Virus record (IMG/VR): IMGVR_UViG_3300017613_001314
Span: 1-64,000 of that record
Source of the DNA: a virus
Length of the DNA stretch: 64,000 bases
Strand: one strand, 5' to 3'
Made by a program: the position numbers and the translations under genes
Part shown: positions 18,715 to 28,436 of the stretch, in pieces
Numbering within the stretch: the stretch's first letter is position 1
How the letters are laid out: each line of letters begins with the position of its first letter
The notes under the pieces: model-generated
Databases searched by the model: none
What the model saw: only the letters and a program-made list of their open reading frames with translations
What the model was told of the DNA's origin: nothing

Positions 18715-19577
18715 TTGGAGTAATATCCTTTAGGGAAAATATTGTTAACAAGTTACGGGAATCATTTCCTGTTATAAATGTGTATGACTTAGTGGATAGA
18801 CAATTTCCGAAACTTGATGGCTTGTTTATTGACTGGACTGACCAGGCAATAATGCCAGATGAGTACGCCATGCAAGCGGCTATAATAGAGAAGTACATAA
18901 GGACAAAGATACCATTTGTTATATTCGATGGTGATTTAGCAATGACTAAAAGAGAATATGACTGGTTGAAGAAGTTCAAAGTATTTTTCTATGAGCCTGC
19001 TTTACAAAATAGAAGAGAATTTGGTTATCTACCTCATTGGATCGACGAGATCAAAGTAGATTTTGAACGAGAAGAAGAGAGGCCGTTTGCTCTGGCTTAT
19101 TCAGCAACAAACCTTGAAGATAAGTTAAAGTCATTTGAGAAGTATTATAGAAAATACGCTCAATTGTTCCCCGATAAAAAGGTTCTGTATCAATCAGAAA
19201 AATTAGATAAGGTGAAGTACCAACAGTATGAGCGTGATAATATGATAAATCAAGCGATTATTGACTGGGAAGAAGTAGATTTCACAATACTTATTGATAG
19301 TAAAAGGAATTATGAGATAGGATATTTAAATCCATGGACATTCTTTATAATGGAGAATGGATGCGTACCGTTGCTTCCATTAGAACATAGATTCTTTGGT
19401 AATATGTTTCATAAGTTAACTGTTGATAACATAGAAGATGTTGACTACATAGTTAGACATTTTGCAAAAATAAAGTGGTGTCTGTTAGATGATATATATC
19501 AGAATATTAAGACACTCTTTCCAGAATTTCTAATAGACAATGTAGCAGAAGTAATAAAAAATTGTTTAGTGAGGTAA
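18711..19577 (+). CDS. Hypothetical protein, first gene of the glycan-modification cluster
   Basis: 288-aa ORF with no recognisable motif. Confidence 0.5.
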   Translation: MIGVISFRENIVNKLRESFPVINVYDLVDRQFPKLDGLFIDWTDQAIMPDEYAMQAAIIEKYIRTKIPFVIFDGDLAMTKREYDWLKKFKVFFYEPALQNRREFGYLPHWIDEIKVDFEREEERPFALAYSATNLEDKLKSFEKYYRKYAQLFPDKKVLYQSEKLDKVKYQQYERDNMINQAIIDWEEVDFTILIDSKRNYEIGYLNPWTFFIMENGCVPLLPLEHRFFGNMFHKLTVDNIEDVDYIVRHFAKIKWCLLDDIYQNIKTLFPEFLIDNVAEVIKNCLVR

Positions 19578-19578
19578 A

Positions 19579-19881
19579 ATGAAAACTGATATAACTTTAA
19601 GTAAAAAAGCAACAATCAATACTGGTAACTATTCCAGTATTACTCCATCTGTGTCCATAACATTAAAAGATGTAGATGCAAGTCAAATAGAAAGAGCTTA
19701 CCAAGATATGAATATAATTACGGCTGTGCTCTTTTTATCAGAATATAAGGTAATGGCTGAGTTACAGGATGACTCAAAAAAACTTGGAATAACAAAATTC
19801 TTTGAAACTCTCAATGAAGAAAAAGAAGATATGAAGACAGATTTTGAAGAAGCAGTTAAGAATTTAGCTGAAAACTTGTAG
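19579..19881 (+). CDS. Hypothetical protein
   Basis: 100-aa ORF. Confidence 0.45.
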   Translation: MKTDITLSKKATINTGNYSSITPSVSITLKDVDASQIERAYQDMNIITAVLFLSEYKVMAELQDDSKKLGITKFFETLNEEKEDMKTDFEEAVKNLAENL

Positions 19882-19895
19882 AAAGGAAATGAAAA

Positions 19896-20303
19896 ATGCC
19901 ATGGTGGTTCTGGATTATAACACATTTGTGGGTATTTTGTTCTACTTTACTGCTATTAAATGGGGTGGAGAATGAAGAACCGTGGTGGATGATTACAATT
20001 ACCACATTATTCTCTTTACCAATACTTGTGATCGCAGTGATTGTAGTTGGATATTCAGAATATCTTCCAAAGAAACATAAAAAGAAAATAGAAAATAACT
20101 GGTTATCAAATTTATTTGTAAAAATATTAAAATGGATATGGAAGAAAATGAAAAGACCGATATTGTGGATGGGAAGAAATCTAATTAAAAGACCACTAAA
20201 ATGGTTCGTAGGATATAAGAAAAGAAGAGAAGACTTTAAAAACATTAAGGAAAACGAGGATACATGGGAAGCCGAAAGAGTGGGTATAAGAGTAAAAGAT
20301 TAG
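19896..20303 (+). CDS. Small membrane protein
   Basis: Two N-terminal hydrophobic helices (MPWWFWIITHLWVFCSTLLLL...ITTLFSLPILVIAVIVVG). Confidence 0.4.
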   Translation: MPWWFWIITHLWVFCSTLLLLNGVENEEPWWMITITTLFSLPILVIAVIVVGYSEYLPKKHKKKIENNWLSNLFVKILKWIWKKMKRPILWMGRNLIKRPLKWFVGYKKRREDFKNIKENEDTWEAERVGIRVKD

Positions 20304-20962
20304 GTAATAAAATAGACATATTAAGATCAACAAAATTTCCAGATGTGTTGGTGGTGACACCATTGTTAGAGTTTGACTTTGTAAGTAAGGATACAAGGAA
20401 AACAATAAAAAGAAACAAGCTGAAATACTTATGGATATCCAGCCAAGGTAACCATAATATACCAACAAACGCACAGGAAGGTTTACTCTGGGCCAAAGAA
20501 AATGTAAGACCAATGCCGAAGTACTATATAATGATAGATAATGATATAGTACTTGGTAGGAGTATGTTAGATAGGTTGTTCAAATCATTAGAAAAATCAG
20601 AGGATGATATTGGGTATGCTTATGCGGGGTTTGAGTACAAGGGAACAACCAATATGAAGTTTCCTGCTGATCCATTTGAACCAGAACGCTTAATGAAGGC
20701 AAACTATATTAGTTCCAATTCAATGTTTAAGATAGATGTAGTTGATGAAGTGGGTTTAGTAACTAACGATAAGTATAAACGACTTCTTGACTGGGCTTTT
20801 TTATTGAAGTGTTTGGCGAAAGGTTATCATGGCCTAAACGTACCAAACGCCCGATTCGTAGCCGTGTCAGAACCGGGCGATGTATCTTCTGGTAGTCATA
20901 ATGACTATTGGACAAAACATGCTAAAGTATATAAGGATTTTGTACAACCAATGATTATCTAA
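20264..20962 (+). CDS. Putative GT-A (family 2-like) glycosyltransferase
   Basis: YYIMIDNDIVLG is DxD-like. 232 aa. Weak call. Confidence 0.35.
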   Translation: MGSRKSGYKSKRLGNKIDILRSTKFPDVLVVTPLLEFDFVSKDTRKTIKRNKLKYLWISSQGNHNIPTNAQEGLLWAKENVRPMPKYYIMIDNDIVLGRSMLDRLFKSLEKSEDDIGYAYAGFEYKGTTNMKFPADPFEPERLMKANYISSNSMFKIDVVDEVGLVTNDKYKRLLDWAFLLKCLAKGYHGLNVPNARFVAVSEPGDVSSGSHNDYWTKHAKVYKDFVQPMII

Positions 20963-21194
20963 ACCAGTCATCCACATCGAAATCTTGTTGGTCGCATGCA
21001 CCACCACAATCGTCGGCATCGCATTTGTCGTCGTCACATGTCCATGGCTCATCAGCATTCCAAACATCTGGTTTTCTACCGGTGTCCCATACGGTACCAC
21101 CAGTATCCCAGTCGTCTTCATCTTCGTCGATGACTTCTTCGTCTCTTATTTCGAAATCAGCATCGTCAAATATATCATCAAATAGACCACCCAT
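20955..21194 (-). CDS. Extremely acidic small protein (~40% Asp/Glu; candidate DNA mimic)
   Basis: 79 aa. Contains DDIFDDADFEIRDEEVIDEDEDDWDTGG and a CDDDKCDADDCGGAC cysteine cluster. Confidence 0.45.
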   Translation of the reverse strand: MGGLFDDIFDDADFEIRDEEVIDEDEDDWDTGGTVWDTGRKPDVWNADEPWTCDDDKCDADDCGGACDQQDFDVDDWFR

Positions 21195-21200
21195 TTTATT

Positions 21201-21683
21201 TTACTCCTTTGTATCCCAAACTTTACTTTCATTGTCGTTATCGAAAAAATTATCAATTTTCTCAAGCGAAAGGTCTTCTAGCGCTTGAAGAAATCCGGCT
21301 CCCTCTTTTTTATTCATTTCTTCTTCTTCCATTGTCGCATCGAGCATCTTTGGTATAAGACCTTCCATCATAAAAGTCTGTAATGTCATATGGAACTTCA
21401 GCTTTTTTAAATATGACTCATCATGTACAGTATCAATCATTTCAATTATTTCTTCCGCAGAAAATTCATCCAAATACATTCCAACCATCGTGTCCATATT
21501 TTCATCAAACCACATATCTACAACTTTTGCCACACTTGGTTCAAGTTCTTCCTGCTCGTCTTTACCAAACTGAACACCTTTCATAATCATTTCTGATATT
21601 TCAGAACCTATTTCTCTATCCCCAGTATCAACACTCTTAAACTTTTCATCTATTAAATCTGCAAACATAATATTTCTCCTCAC
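21201..21683 (-). CDS. Acidic hypothetical protein
   Basis: 160 aa, E/D-rich. Confidence 0.5.
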   Translation of the reverse strand: MRRNIMFADLIDEKFKSVDTGDREIGSEISEMIMKGVQFGKDEQEELEPSVAKVVDMWFDENMDTMVGMYLDEFSAEEIIEMIDTVHDESYLKKLKFHMTLQTFMMEGLIPKMLDATMEEEEMNKKEGAGFLQALEDLSLEKIDNFFDNDNESKVWDTKE

Positions 21684-21709
21684 TTTTTCTTTTATTATAA
21701 CTCATTCTA

Positions 21710-22510
21710 CTAAGAAAGTAAACTTGGGTCCGTATCAAGATATTCTTGTATTCTGTTGGGTGCTCTATAACCAAATAGTTCTTTAGCTTCTGTTATATCA
21801 GCCACACTACTTGCTTCACCTACATTTCTGGGATCAGTAAAAGCAGAACCATGTCTACACATTCTAGCTAGTTCTCTCATGTTAGTTCCGATACCAGTAC
21901 CAATATCTACTGGGTGGTCAATTACTCCGTCGTAACTTAAAGCCAACCAGATAAATTCACATACGTCATCCACGTGAATAAAATCTCGTTCTTGTGACCC
22001 ATCACCATGGATAAGTATTAAATCTCCTTTGGCTCTCTTCACCAAAAATCTTTTAATAACTGTTTTCTTCTTTCTAACATACTCAAACCCACCATATACA
22101 TTAGTCAATCTAAGTACTTTAATATCAGCACCAACTTTATTGAGTTGTTGTGCCTTTAATTCTGCCATTCTTTTCATTGAAGCATAAGTACTGCTTCCCG
22201 GATTCTTAGCCGCTTGTGAAGAAGTAAACACGACTGGTATGCCGGCATCAAATGCTCTTTCAAATATATCATACGCGTATATTACGTTATCATGTACTGC
22301 TTCTTCATAGTTATTCTGACATGCCGCTATACCAGATAAGGCGGCAAGGTGAACAACTCCATCAAATTTTTTGAAATCCCCTAAAACCATTCTATCAAAA
22401 TCTCTCATTCTAGCATCTTCTGGGAAAGTTCTACATCCTTTTTTTTCTAAGTGCTTTATTATATTCTGTCCTATATATCCCGAAGCACCTGTTACTAAAA
22501 CATTTTTCAT
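21710..22510 (-). CDS. NAD(P)-dependent sugar epimerase/reductase (SDR family)
   Basis: Rossmann motif VTGASGYIG at the N-terminus. 266 aa. Confidence 0.7.
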   Translation of the reverse strand: MKNVLVTGASGYIGQNIIKHLEKKGCRTFPEDARMRDFDRMVLGDFKKFDGVVHLAALSGIAACQNNYEEAVHDNVIYAYDIFERAFDAGIPVVFTSSQAAKNPGSSTYASMKRMAELKAQQLNKVGADIKVLRLTNVYGGFEYVRKKKTVIKRFLVKRAKGDLILIHGDGSQERDFIHVDDVCEFIWLALSYDGVIDHPVDIGTGIGTNMRELARMCRHGSAFTDPRNVGEASSVADITEAKELFGYRAPNRIQEYLDTDPSLLS

Positions 22511-22785
22511 TTATAGTATTTCTCCTCAATTTGTGTTGCCCATGCTGACTGCATGGGTTTTACTTTTGGTTCTTTAACGTACTCATATCTCATTTTTACT
22601 TTTTCTGTTTCTTCTGGGTGTTTCCAATGAACAAAGTGTCCATGTTGATCCACCATAGCATACATATCACCCTTATTGAGATAAAGTACTTTTCTCTTTC
22701 TACCCCATACTACTGGTGATTCTTTCTTATCAATCTCTTCATATCCAACATTAATCATTGCAGTTACATAGTTTAATTGACTCAT
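22507..22785 (-). CDS. Hypothetical protein
   Basis: 92-aa ORF, translationally coupled. Confidence 0.45.
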   Translation of the reverse strand: MSQLNYVTAMINVGYEEIDKKESPVVWGRKRKVLYLNKGDMYAMVDQHGHFVHWKHPEETEKVKMRYEYVKEPKVKPMQSAWATQIEEKYYK

Positions 22786-23159
22786 AGTAAAAAATCCTCG
22801 TCTTTAAATTCGTTTTCTCTTTCTTCTTTATCCTTTAAAAGACCATCACGTACATATTCTGGATAATCTTCCTTCATCAGTATAGCATAAATTAGTCCCG
22901 CTATACTATTCTTATCAACTTCATCTAAATTTCCTTCTTCTATCCTTTCAGCCATCAAATCAGCATATACTCTCAATGACTGTTCTACAGCCGCCCTGTT
23001 ATCCGACACATTTGACGGAGAAGATGAAGTTTCATGGGCCCAATATATATTGAGTCCATCTTTGGTTGTTTCTATCGCTTTTTCACCATTATAGTAAAAA
23101 CTTACATCAGTTTCTTGTGTATAAATTCCAGGTTCTATATAAGTTCCCATTTTTATCAC
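22782..23159 (-). CDS. Hypothetical protein
   Basis: 125-aa ORF. Confidence 0.45.
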   Translation of the reverse strand: MIKMGTYIEPGIYTQETDVSFYYNGEKAIETTKDGLNIYWAHETSSSPSNVSDNRAAVEQSLRVYADLMAERIEEGNLDEVDKNSIAGLIYAILMKEDYPEYVRDGLLKDKEERENEFKDEDFLL

Positions 23160-23160
23160 C

Positions 23161-23772
23161 TCACATTTTATTTAATATCCATAATTCATGTCTTTTCATT
23201 GGTGATTTATTGTCTTTTACAACTGTAGTATAACCAATTTTTAGACCGTTCTCTTCGAGACATTTCATTATTCTATCTTCAGAATAAATGTTTCTATAAT
23301 ATCCTTGTTCATGGAGAGTTATCTTTTCCTTTTTACTTGGTATTAAAAACCATATCAAAACAACATGTTGTTTTGACACCCTAGCTATTTCACTTATAGC
23401 TGTTTCTGGTTCATCAAGATGCTCTAACACACCTCTGCACGTAACAAGATCAAATGAATTATCCTCAAATGGTAACTCTTGTGCTCTCGCAACTCTAAAG
23501 TCAGCCTCTGGATGGTTTTTCTTATTATCTTCTATGAATCCCTCACATGCATCAATTCCATGGTATTCAATTGCTGAGTTATTGCTTTTATACATTTCAT
23601 AGTCAAGACCCATCCCACAACCTACATCCAATACACTCTTAGGATTTATCTCTTCTATAATTTTTAAGTACTCATATCTTGATTTGTTTCTATCTAATAC
23701 TTCTTTAAACTTTTCCTTTGTAGAATATTTTTCTGTTACGACGTTTTTATCCCACCATTTTTCATAATCCAT
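23161..23772 (-). CDS. Class I SAM-dependent methyltransferase
   Basis: Motif I VLDVGCGMG. Confidence 0.7.
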   Translation of the reverse strand: MDYEKWWDKNVVTEKYSTKEKFKEVLDRNKSRYEYLKIIEEINPKSVLDVGCGMGLDYEMYKSNNSAIEYHGIDACEGFIEDNKKNHPEADFRVARAQELPFEDNSFDLVTCRGVLEHLDEPETAISEIARVSKQHVVLIWFLIPSKKEKITLHEQGYYRNIYSEDRIMKCLEENGLKIGYTTVVKDNKSPMKRHELWILNKM

Positions 23773-24704
23773 TAGTTTAATACTCTCCTTAGTGCCTTTC
23801 TTTCATATCTATTGAGTGTTTCTCTCCAGCACCACTCATCCTCGATCTTCTGTCTGGCCCTTTGACCCATTTTATCACACTTTGCAGTGTTCCTACTCAT
23901 CCATCTTAACTTCTCTGCGTAGTCCTCTATGTTTCTTCTCACCAAAAATCCGTTGACTCCATTCTCTATGAACTCAGGCATGTTACCGATTCTATTAGAT
24001 AAAATTGGTCTACCACATGAAGCCGCTTCAAGTGCAGGATTTGGCGTGCCATCTACAGTACTCGCTACCATCAAAACATGTGCCTTATCATATATCTGTT
24101 CCTTGACTATGTTCTGTGAATCAGCATTTCTGTAGTTCTTAATATTTGAAATCATTTTTGTATTTGTTCTTGTGCATGCAGGTATTATATGACTACCATA
24201 TCCTTTCTCTGGCATCCTACCCTTACCAACAAAACAAGCGGCAAATCTACTCTGTGGATACGGACTATATGAAAATAACTCTTCATCTACTCCTCTTGGT
24301 ACATAGATTGATGTACCCTTATAATAAGTCCTAAGTTCTCTAAGCGCAAGATAATTATTAGCAAATATTGCTCTACATTGATTAGCGAATTTCAAAAAAC
24401 CAACCTTTCTATTACCTCCTCCATAATCAGCAAACTTTGGTTTCAATGCAGTTCTACCAGTGACTACAGTTATAACCCTATCCATTCTATCATGTAGTTT
24501 ACCCAACCTTAGTTGAACATGAAACAATGGATAGTATAAGTCATACGCATCTAAGTCATACTTTTGCTCATTTTTATTAAGCATTGCTTGGGTTATAAGA
24601 TCAAATTCAAATTCATCTGACAAGTATTTTACAATTTGTTCTCCACGATGGTGTCCACCCCAACCCCATACATCAGTTATTAGTAGTATCTTTGGTTTCG
24701 TCAT
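23772..24704 (-). CDS. Glycosyltransferase family 1 (GT-B)
   Basis: C-terminal EAASCGRPILSNRIGNMPEFIENGVNGFLV matches the GT1/GT4 EX7E region. Confidence 0.7.
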   Translation of the reverse strand: MTKPKILLITDVWGWGGHHRGEQIVKYLSDEFEFDLITQAMLNKNEQKYDLDAYDLYYPLFHVQLRLGKLHDRMDRVITVVTGRTALKPKFADYGGGNRKVGFLKFANQCRAIFANNYLALRELRTYYKGTSIYVPRGVDEELFSYSPYPQSRFAACFVGKGRMPEKGYGSHIIPACTRTNTKMISNIKNYRNADSQNIVKEQIYDKAHVLMVASTVDGTPNPALEAASCGRPILSNRIGNMPEFIENGVNGFLVRRNIEDYAEKLRWMSRNTAKCDKMGQRARQKIEDEWCWRETLNRYERKALRRVLN

Positions 24705-25320
24705 TTTCCTCTCTCAATTTTCTAAACAAATATCTATTATGTGGTCTTTGTTTAGAGTTAACTTTTATTCTTTTAAATCCATTTCCTTCAAGTAGTTTAA
24801 TCACTTCCTTCGGACTGCTAAAACAGAAATAATGTGCCCAAGGTGTAGGCACAGGTTCTTTCTTCTGAAGTGGAACCACTACAAGTATTCTACCATTTGT
24901 TTTGAGTACTCTTTTTATTCCCTTGATTACCTTATCTGGATCGGGACAATGCTCGAGAGTATGAATTATACTCACAAAATTAAATTCCTCGTCTGGAAAC
25001 GGTAGCTCTTGGGCGTCACCTCTTACCACATTATGACCCTTTTTCCTAGCAATTTCAAGTGCTTTTTCTGAAATGTCTATACCTCGTAGATTTTTAAATT
25101 TAGCTTTCTTAAGTATATCCATCCACATACCATCACGGCATCCTATGTCAAGCATTTTCCATTTTCTACTTATAAGTCCTTTGACGAACTTATAGGTATT
25201 CAATTTGTTTCTTCTCTTTTGACCCAAATAAACTCTATTGGTAAGCATTTTTAAAAGCTTTTCTGTTTTCTTCTCGTTTACCTTTAAATATTCTTTTTCG
25301 CTCATATCTGTAAGTGCCAT
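24673..25320 (-). CDS. Class I SAM-dependent methyltransferase
   Basis: Motif I MLDIGCRDG, plus an acidic motif II. Confidence 0.65.
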   Translation of the reverse strand: MALTDMSEKEYLKVNEKKTEKLLKMLTNRVYLGQKRRNKLNTYKFVKGLISRKWKMLDIGCRDGMWMDILKKAKFKNLRGIDISEKALEIARKKGHNVVRGDAQELPFPDEEFNFVSIIHTLEHCPDPDKVIKGIKRVLKTNGRILVVVPLQKKEPVPTPWAHYFCFSSPKEVIKLLEGNGFKRIKVNSKQRPHNRYLFRKLREENDETKDTTNN

Positions 25321-27251
25321 TTTTGTTGAAATCTGACAGAACTATTACCAGCATGTTGTTGGTCATGTCTATATGTTCTATATTTCTTATATGACTCTGA
25401 TCCCTTATTCTTAAAATTTAGTGCTTTATAATCTGGTATTGCTAAAATACCTAACTTCCAATTACTCTTTCTCATTTGCATACAGAAGTCAATATCTGCC
25501 CAACCAACATAGTAAAGATGGTCATAGTCACATGTTTCAAATACTTCTCTTCTCATTATCATACTTGCTGATCCCATACCATCAACCAAACCAAATGGTG
25601 ATTTTGGTTGTTTGTACACCATTTTACTTTGGCCTTTAAACCAAGCGTTCAGATTTGGATGAACCCAAAGATCAACGGCGCCATAATCTGGATGATCTTC
25701 TAATATGGAAATAAGTGCTTCGATTGAGCCAGGTGGGAAAAACATATCATCGTCAGTGGTCATAATATATGGAGTATCAAATTTAAGTGCTTCATGGACA
25801 ATATTATGTCTTGGAACGCCCGTGCCTCTATTTGAAAAGGTGAAATTTAAAAAGCTTCTATCAAAATACTCTTCAACTTTATCTTCAATCTGATCTTTTT
25901 TTATATCAGACAACCACTCTTTACCCTGAACGTTAAATGCTATGTTAGATTTTATAAATCTATTTCTATCCCAGTGATCCAACATATTCAACATAGTATT
26001 TGTTCTTAAAAGTGAAAGCATCGCTACGCTTAAAATAGTTTTTTCTGAATTAAAAACTCTTTCAAGAGTACCTCTATTAAAACCAGTCCACATCTTAGTC
26101 AAATCTGTAATGACTTCTTCTTTAGTGAAATCAGCCGGTTGCTCATTACGGACAATAACATTTCTTAAGTTATCAATTCTCATGTAATCAGGTAATACGT
26201 ATTTTACTTTTTGATTGCCCTTGTGTACGGACTTATTTTTGTTTCCCCAATTATTACCTATTACATTTAACTCATTGCCCCATTGATTCCTTGTCCACCT
26301 CATCATTTCTCTTGCTTTTAAAGCAATCTTGTTATTTCTTGGGGTGTTCTTTGAATGGTAAAGATGAATACTATCTAAATTCAACGTCTTAAATGGGTAT
26401 CCAAAAGCTCTAAGTTTTCCTGCTAAAGCATTATCAGGTCCACCCCAAGTACCTTCAAAGTTTTCAGGTACTCCTTTTATTTGAAAAAATATATCTCTTG
26501 GTATTACAGTTATGCCGCCAGCGGGTCCGTCAAATCTTGGTGTTTTTATCATTTCACTTTTTTCTTCTAAAGCAAATTCATTAAATATACCTCTCTCACC
26601 ATCATTTAATAACCTTTTCATAAAGTTTCCAGTTTCAACGTAATTGAGATAGTACATTTTACTCCAAGCCACTGCGGGATAGTCACAATGCTTTACCATT
26701 TGAAAAAAGTTATCTGGTATAATTACATCAGCATCTAATAAAACTAACTTCTTACCAGTCGCCAAATGTCTCGCACCAAGATTTAGCGCCCATCCTCTAT
26801 GCATCATATTAGAATAATAAATAAACATGTACTCAAAGTCTTCAGGTTGTAAGAAAACATTTCTCTTCTTACCAATTTCAACTACACAAACTTCAACATT
26901 ACTACTCAGTGAGGATATACAGGATAGAAGTAATGGATACCTTTCAGGTGTATGCATATAAGGAATAACAACAGAAATTTCAGGTCCAAATGACATTCTC
27001 TTCTTAGCTTCTCTTTTTCTTTTCCTTAACTCAGCATGTGATATATTGGACTTGCCTTCTTCCATGACCACATTTCTTTTTCTTGATCTTAATTCTGCAT
27101 GTGATGGATAAACACTCTGTTTTATTCTTTGAATTTCATGTTTCAAATCATCTAACTGATTACTGCTCATTTTGTCTATCTTATTAGCACGTCCTTCACC
27201 AAAGAATTTTAAAGTATCCTTTCTAAGTAACTGAAGTTCTATGTTGTTCAT
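25302..27251 (-). CDS. Two-domain GT-A glycosyltransferase (two GT2-like modules)
   Basis: ISVVIPYMH and later PYIMTTDDDMFFPPGS (DxD). The N-terminus carries a duplicated SHAELRxRKR peptide. 649 aa. Confidence 0.65.
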   Translation of the reverse strand: MNNIELQLLRKDTLKFFGEGRANKIDKMSSNQLDDLKHEIQRIKQSVYPSHAELRSRKRNVVMEEGKSNISHAELRKRKREAKKRMSFGPEISVVIPYMHTPERYPLLLSCISSLSSNVEVCVVEIGKKRNVFLQPEDFEYMFIYYSNMMHRGWALNLGARHLATGKKLVLLDADVIIPDNFFQMVKHCDYPAVAWSKMYYLNYVETGNFMKRLLNDGERGIFNEFALEEKSEMIKTPRFDGPAGGITVIPRDIFFQIKGVPENFEGTWGGPDNALAGKLRAFGYPFKTLNLDSIHLYHSKNTPRNNKIALKAREMMRWTRNQWGNELNVIGNNWGNKNKSVHKGNQKVKYVLPDYMRIDNLRNVIVRNEQPADFTKEEVITDLTKMWTGFNRGTLERVFNSEKTILSVAMLSLLRTNTMLNMLDHWDRNRFIKSNIAFNVQGKEWLSDIKKDQIEDKVEEYFDRSFLNFTFSNRGTGVPRHNIVHEALKFDTPYIMTTDDDMFFPPGSIEALISILEDHPDYGAVDLWVHPNLNAWFKGQSKMVYKQPKSPFGLVDGMGSASMIMRREVFETCDYDHLYYVGWADIDFCMQMRKSNWKLGILAIPDYKALNFKNKGSESYKKYRTYRHDQQHAGNSSVRFQQKWHLQI

Positions 27252-27254
27252 TAA

Positions 27255-28415
27255 TTATCTCCACTTAATTTTCGGTATAACTACATCTTTTAATTCACTT
27301 AAGTCATTTGATGCTAGAACATCAAATACATAATCTACTTCCTGGTAGATTGTCCTTGTTGGTTTATAACCAAAGCTCGCAAGCTTTTCTGTTGAGTACT
27401 TATAGTAATGATTACCAGTGTACTCTGTTCTTGGTGATGGAATATGCTGAGCGCTCACATCCAATCCTCTTGACTCGGCTACTTCAATTACCATACCAGC
27501 AATTTCATTCATTGAATGCCATTCAGATAACTGATTCCATACTTGAACATGACCACACTCAGGCTCGTTTTCTACTGCAATCATAAGTGCTTGTACGCTA
27601 TCATTGAGTGATATGAATCCTCTTTGATGCTTACCTTCACCATAAATGGTCAACGGAATACCAAGAAGAGTCTGCACAATAAATCGGTTGATTACAGTAC
27701 CACCAGCTTCATCACTATCTAACCTACTATAAATTTTACTTTTATCTATATCATCTGTGTAAGCACCGAATACTACTGACTGTTGGACGTCAGTACATTT
27801 CAATTCCCAGGTTCTACATAGAAAATCAATCAGATAAGTTGATGAAGTCTTTGAAGTATGGTAGATTGACCCAGGTCTACGTGGGTAAATCATTTCAACT
27901 GACTCTCTACCTTTATGATTGATCTTAATATAACCTTCTTCAATGTCTATATTACTATAGTGATCGTACTCACCTGTCGTACCAATAGTAATATAATGGC
28001 AATTAGGGACATATTCCCTCATAAGCCATAACATGTTGTTGGTTCCTAATAAATTATTTTCAAGTGTGGTTTTTGCGTGTTCACGCGAGATTTGACTATA
28101 TGGTCCTGATGGTATGTGAGCCAGATTGACTATAATATCAGGCTTATATGTTTCAAAAATTGCCCGTAATTCATCAACGGGTTCTTTTGATATATCAATA
28201 TTATGAAAATAAAATTCGCTTAACTTCTTAAAACGTTTTATTTTGTCCATCATTTGCATAACTGGCGTAGCAGACTTTGACTCCATGTCGTCTTGTATCC
28301 ATCGCCTTCGTAGAAAATTATCTATGCCAATTACTCTGTATCCCTCTTTTAAAAGTCTTTGGGTAAGGGCGTTACCTATGTACCCATCGCATCCTGCGAC
28401 TAAAACAGTTTTCAT
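27255..28415 (-). CDS. UDP-sulfoquinovose synthase (SQD1)-like SDR enzyme
   Basis: VLVAGCDGYIGNALTQRL...IGIDNFLRRR matches SQD1 GGDGYCGW...DNLVRR. GTTGEYD matches SQD1 GTMGEYG. The catalytic IYHTSK matches SQD1 YHLSK. 386 aa, close to the SQD1 length. Confidence 0.65.
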   Translation of the reverse strand: MKTVLVAGCDGYIGNALTQRLLKEGYRVIGIDNFLRRRWIQDDMESKSATPVMQMMDKIKRFKKLSEFYFHNIDISKEPVDELRAIFETYKPDIIVNLAHIPSGPYSQISREHAKTTLENNLLGTNNMLWLMREYVPNCHYITIGTTGEYDHYSNIDIEEGYIKINHKGRESVEMIYPRRPGSIYHTSKTSSTYLIDFLCRTWELKCTDVQQSVVFGAYTDDIDKSKIYSRLDSDEAGGTVINRFIVQTLLGIPLTIYGEGKHQRGFISLNDSVQALMIAVENEPECGHVQVWNQLSEWHSMNEIAGMVIEVAESRGLDVSAQHIPSPRTEYTGNHYYKYSTEKLASFGYKPTRTIYQEVDYVFDVLASNDLSELKDVVIPKIKWR

Positions 28416-28436
28416 CTTTCTCCCCCTGTACTACTT

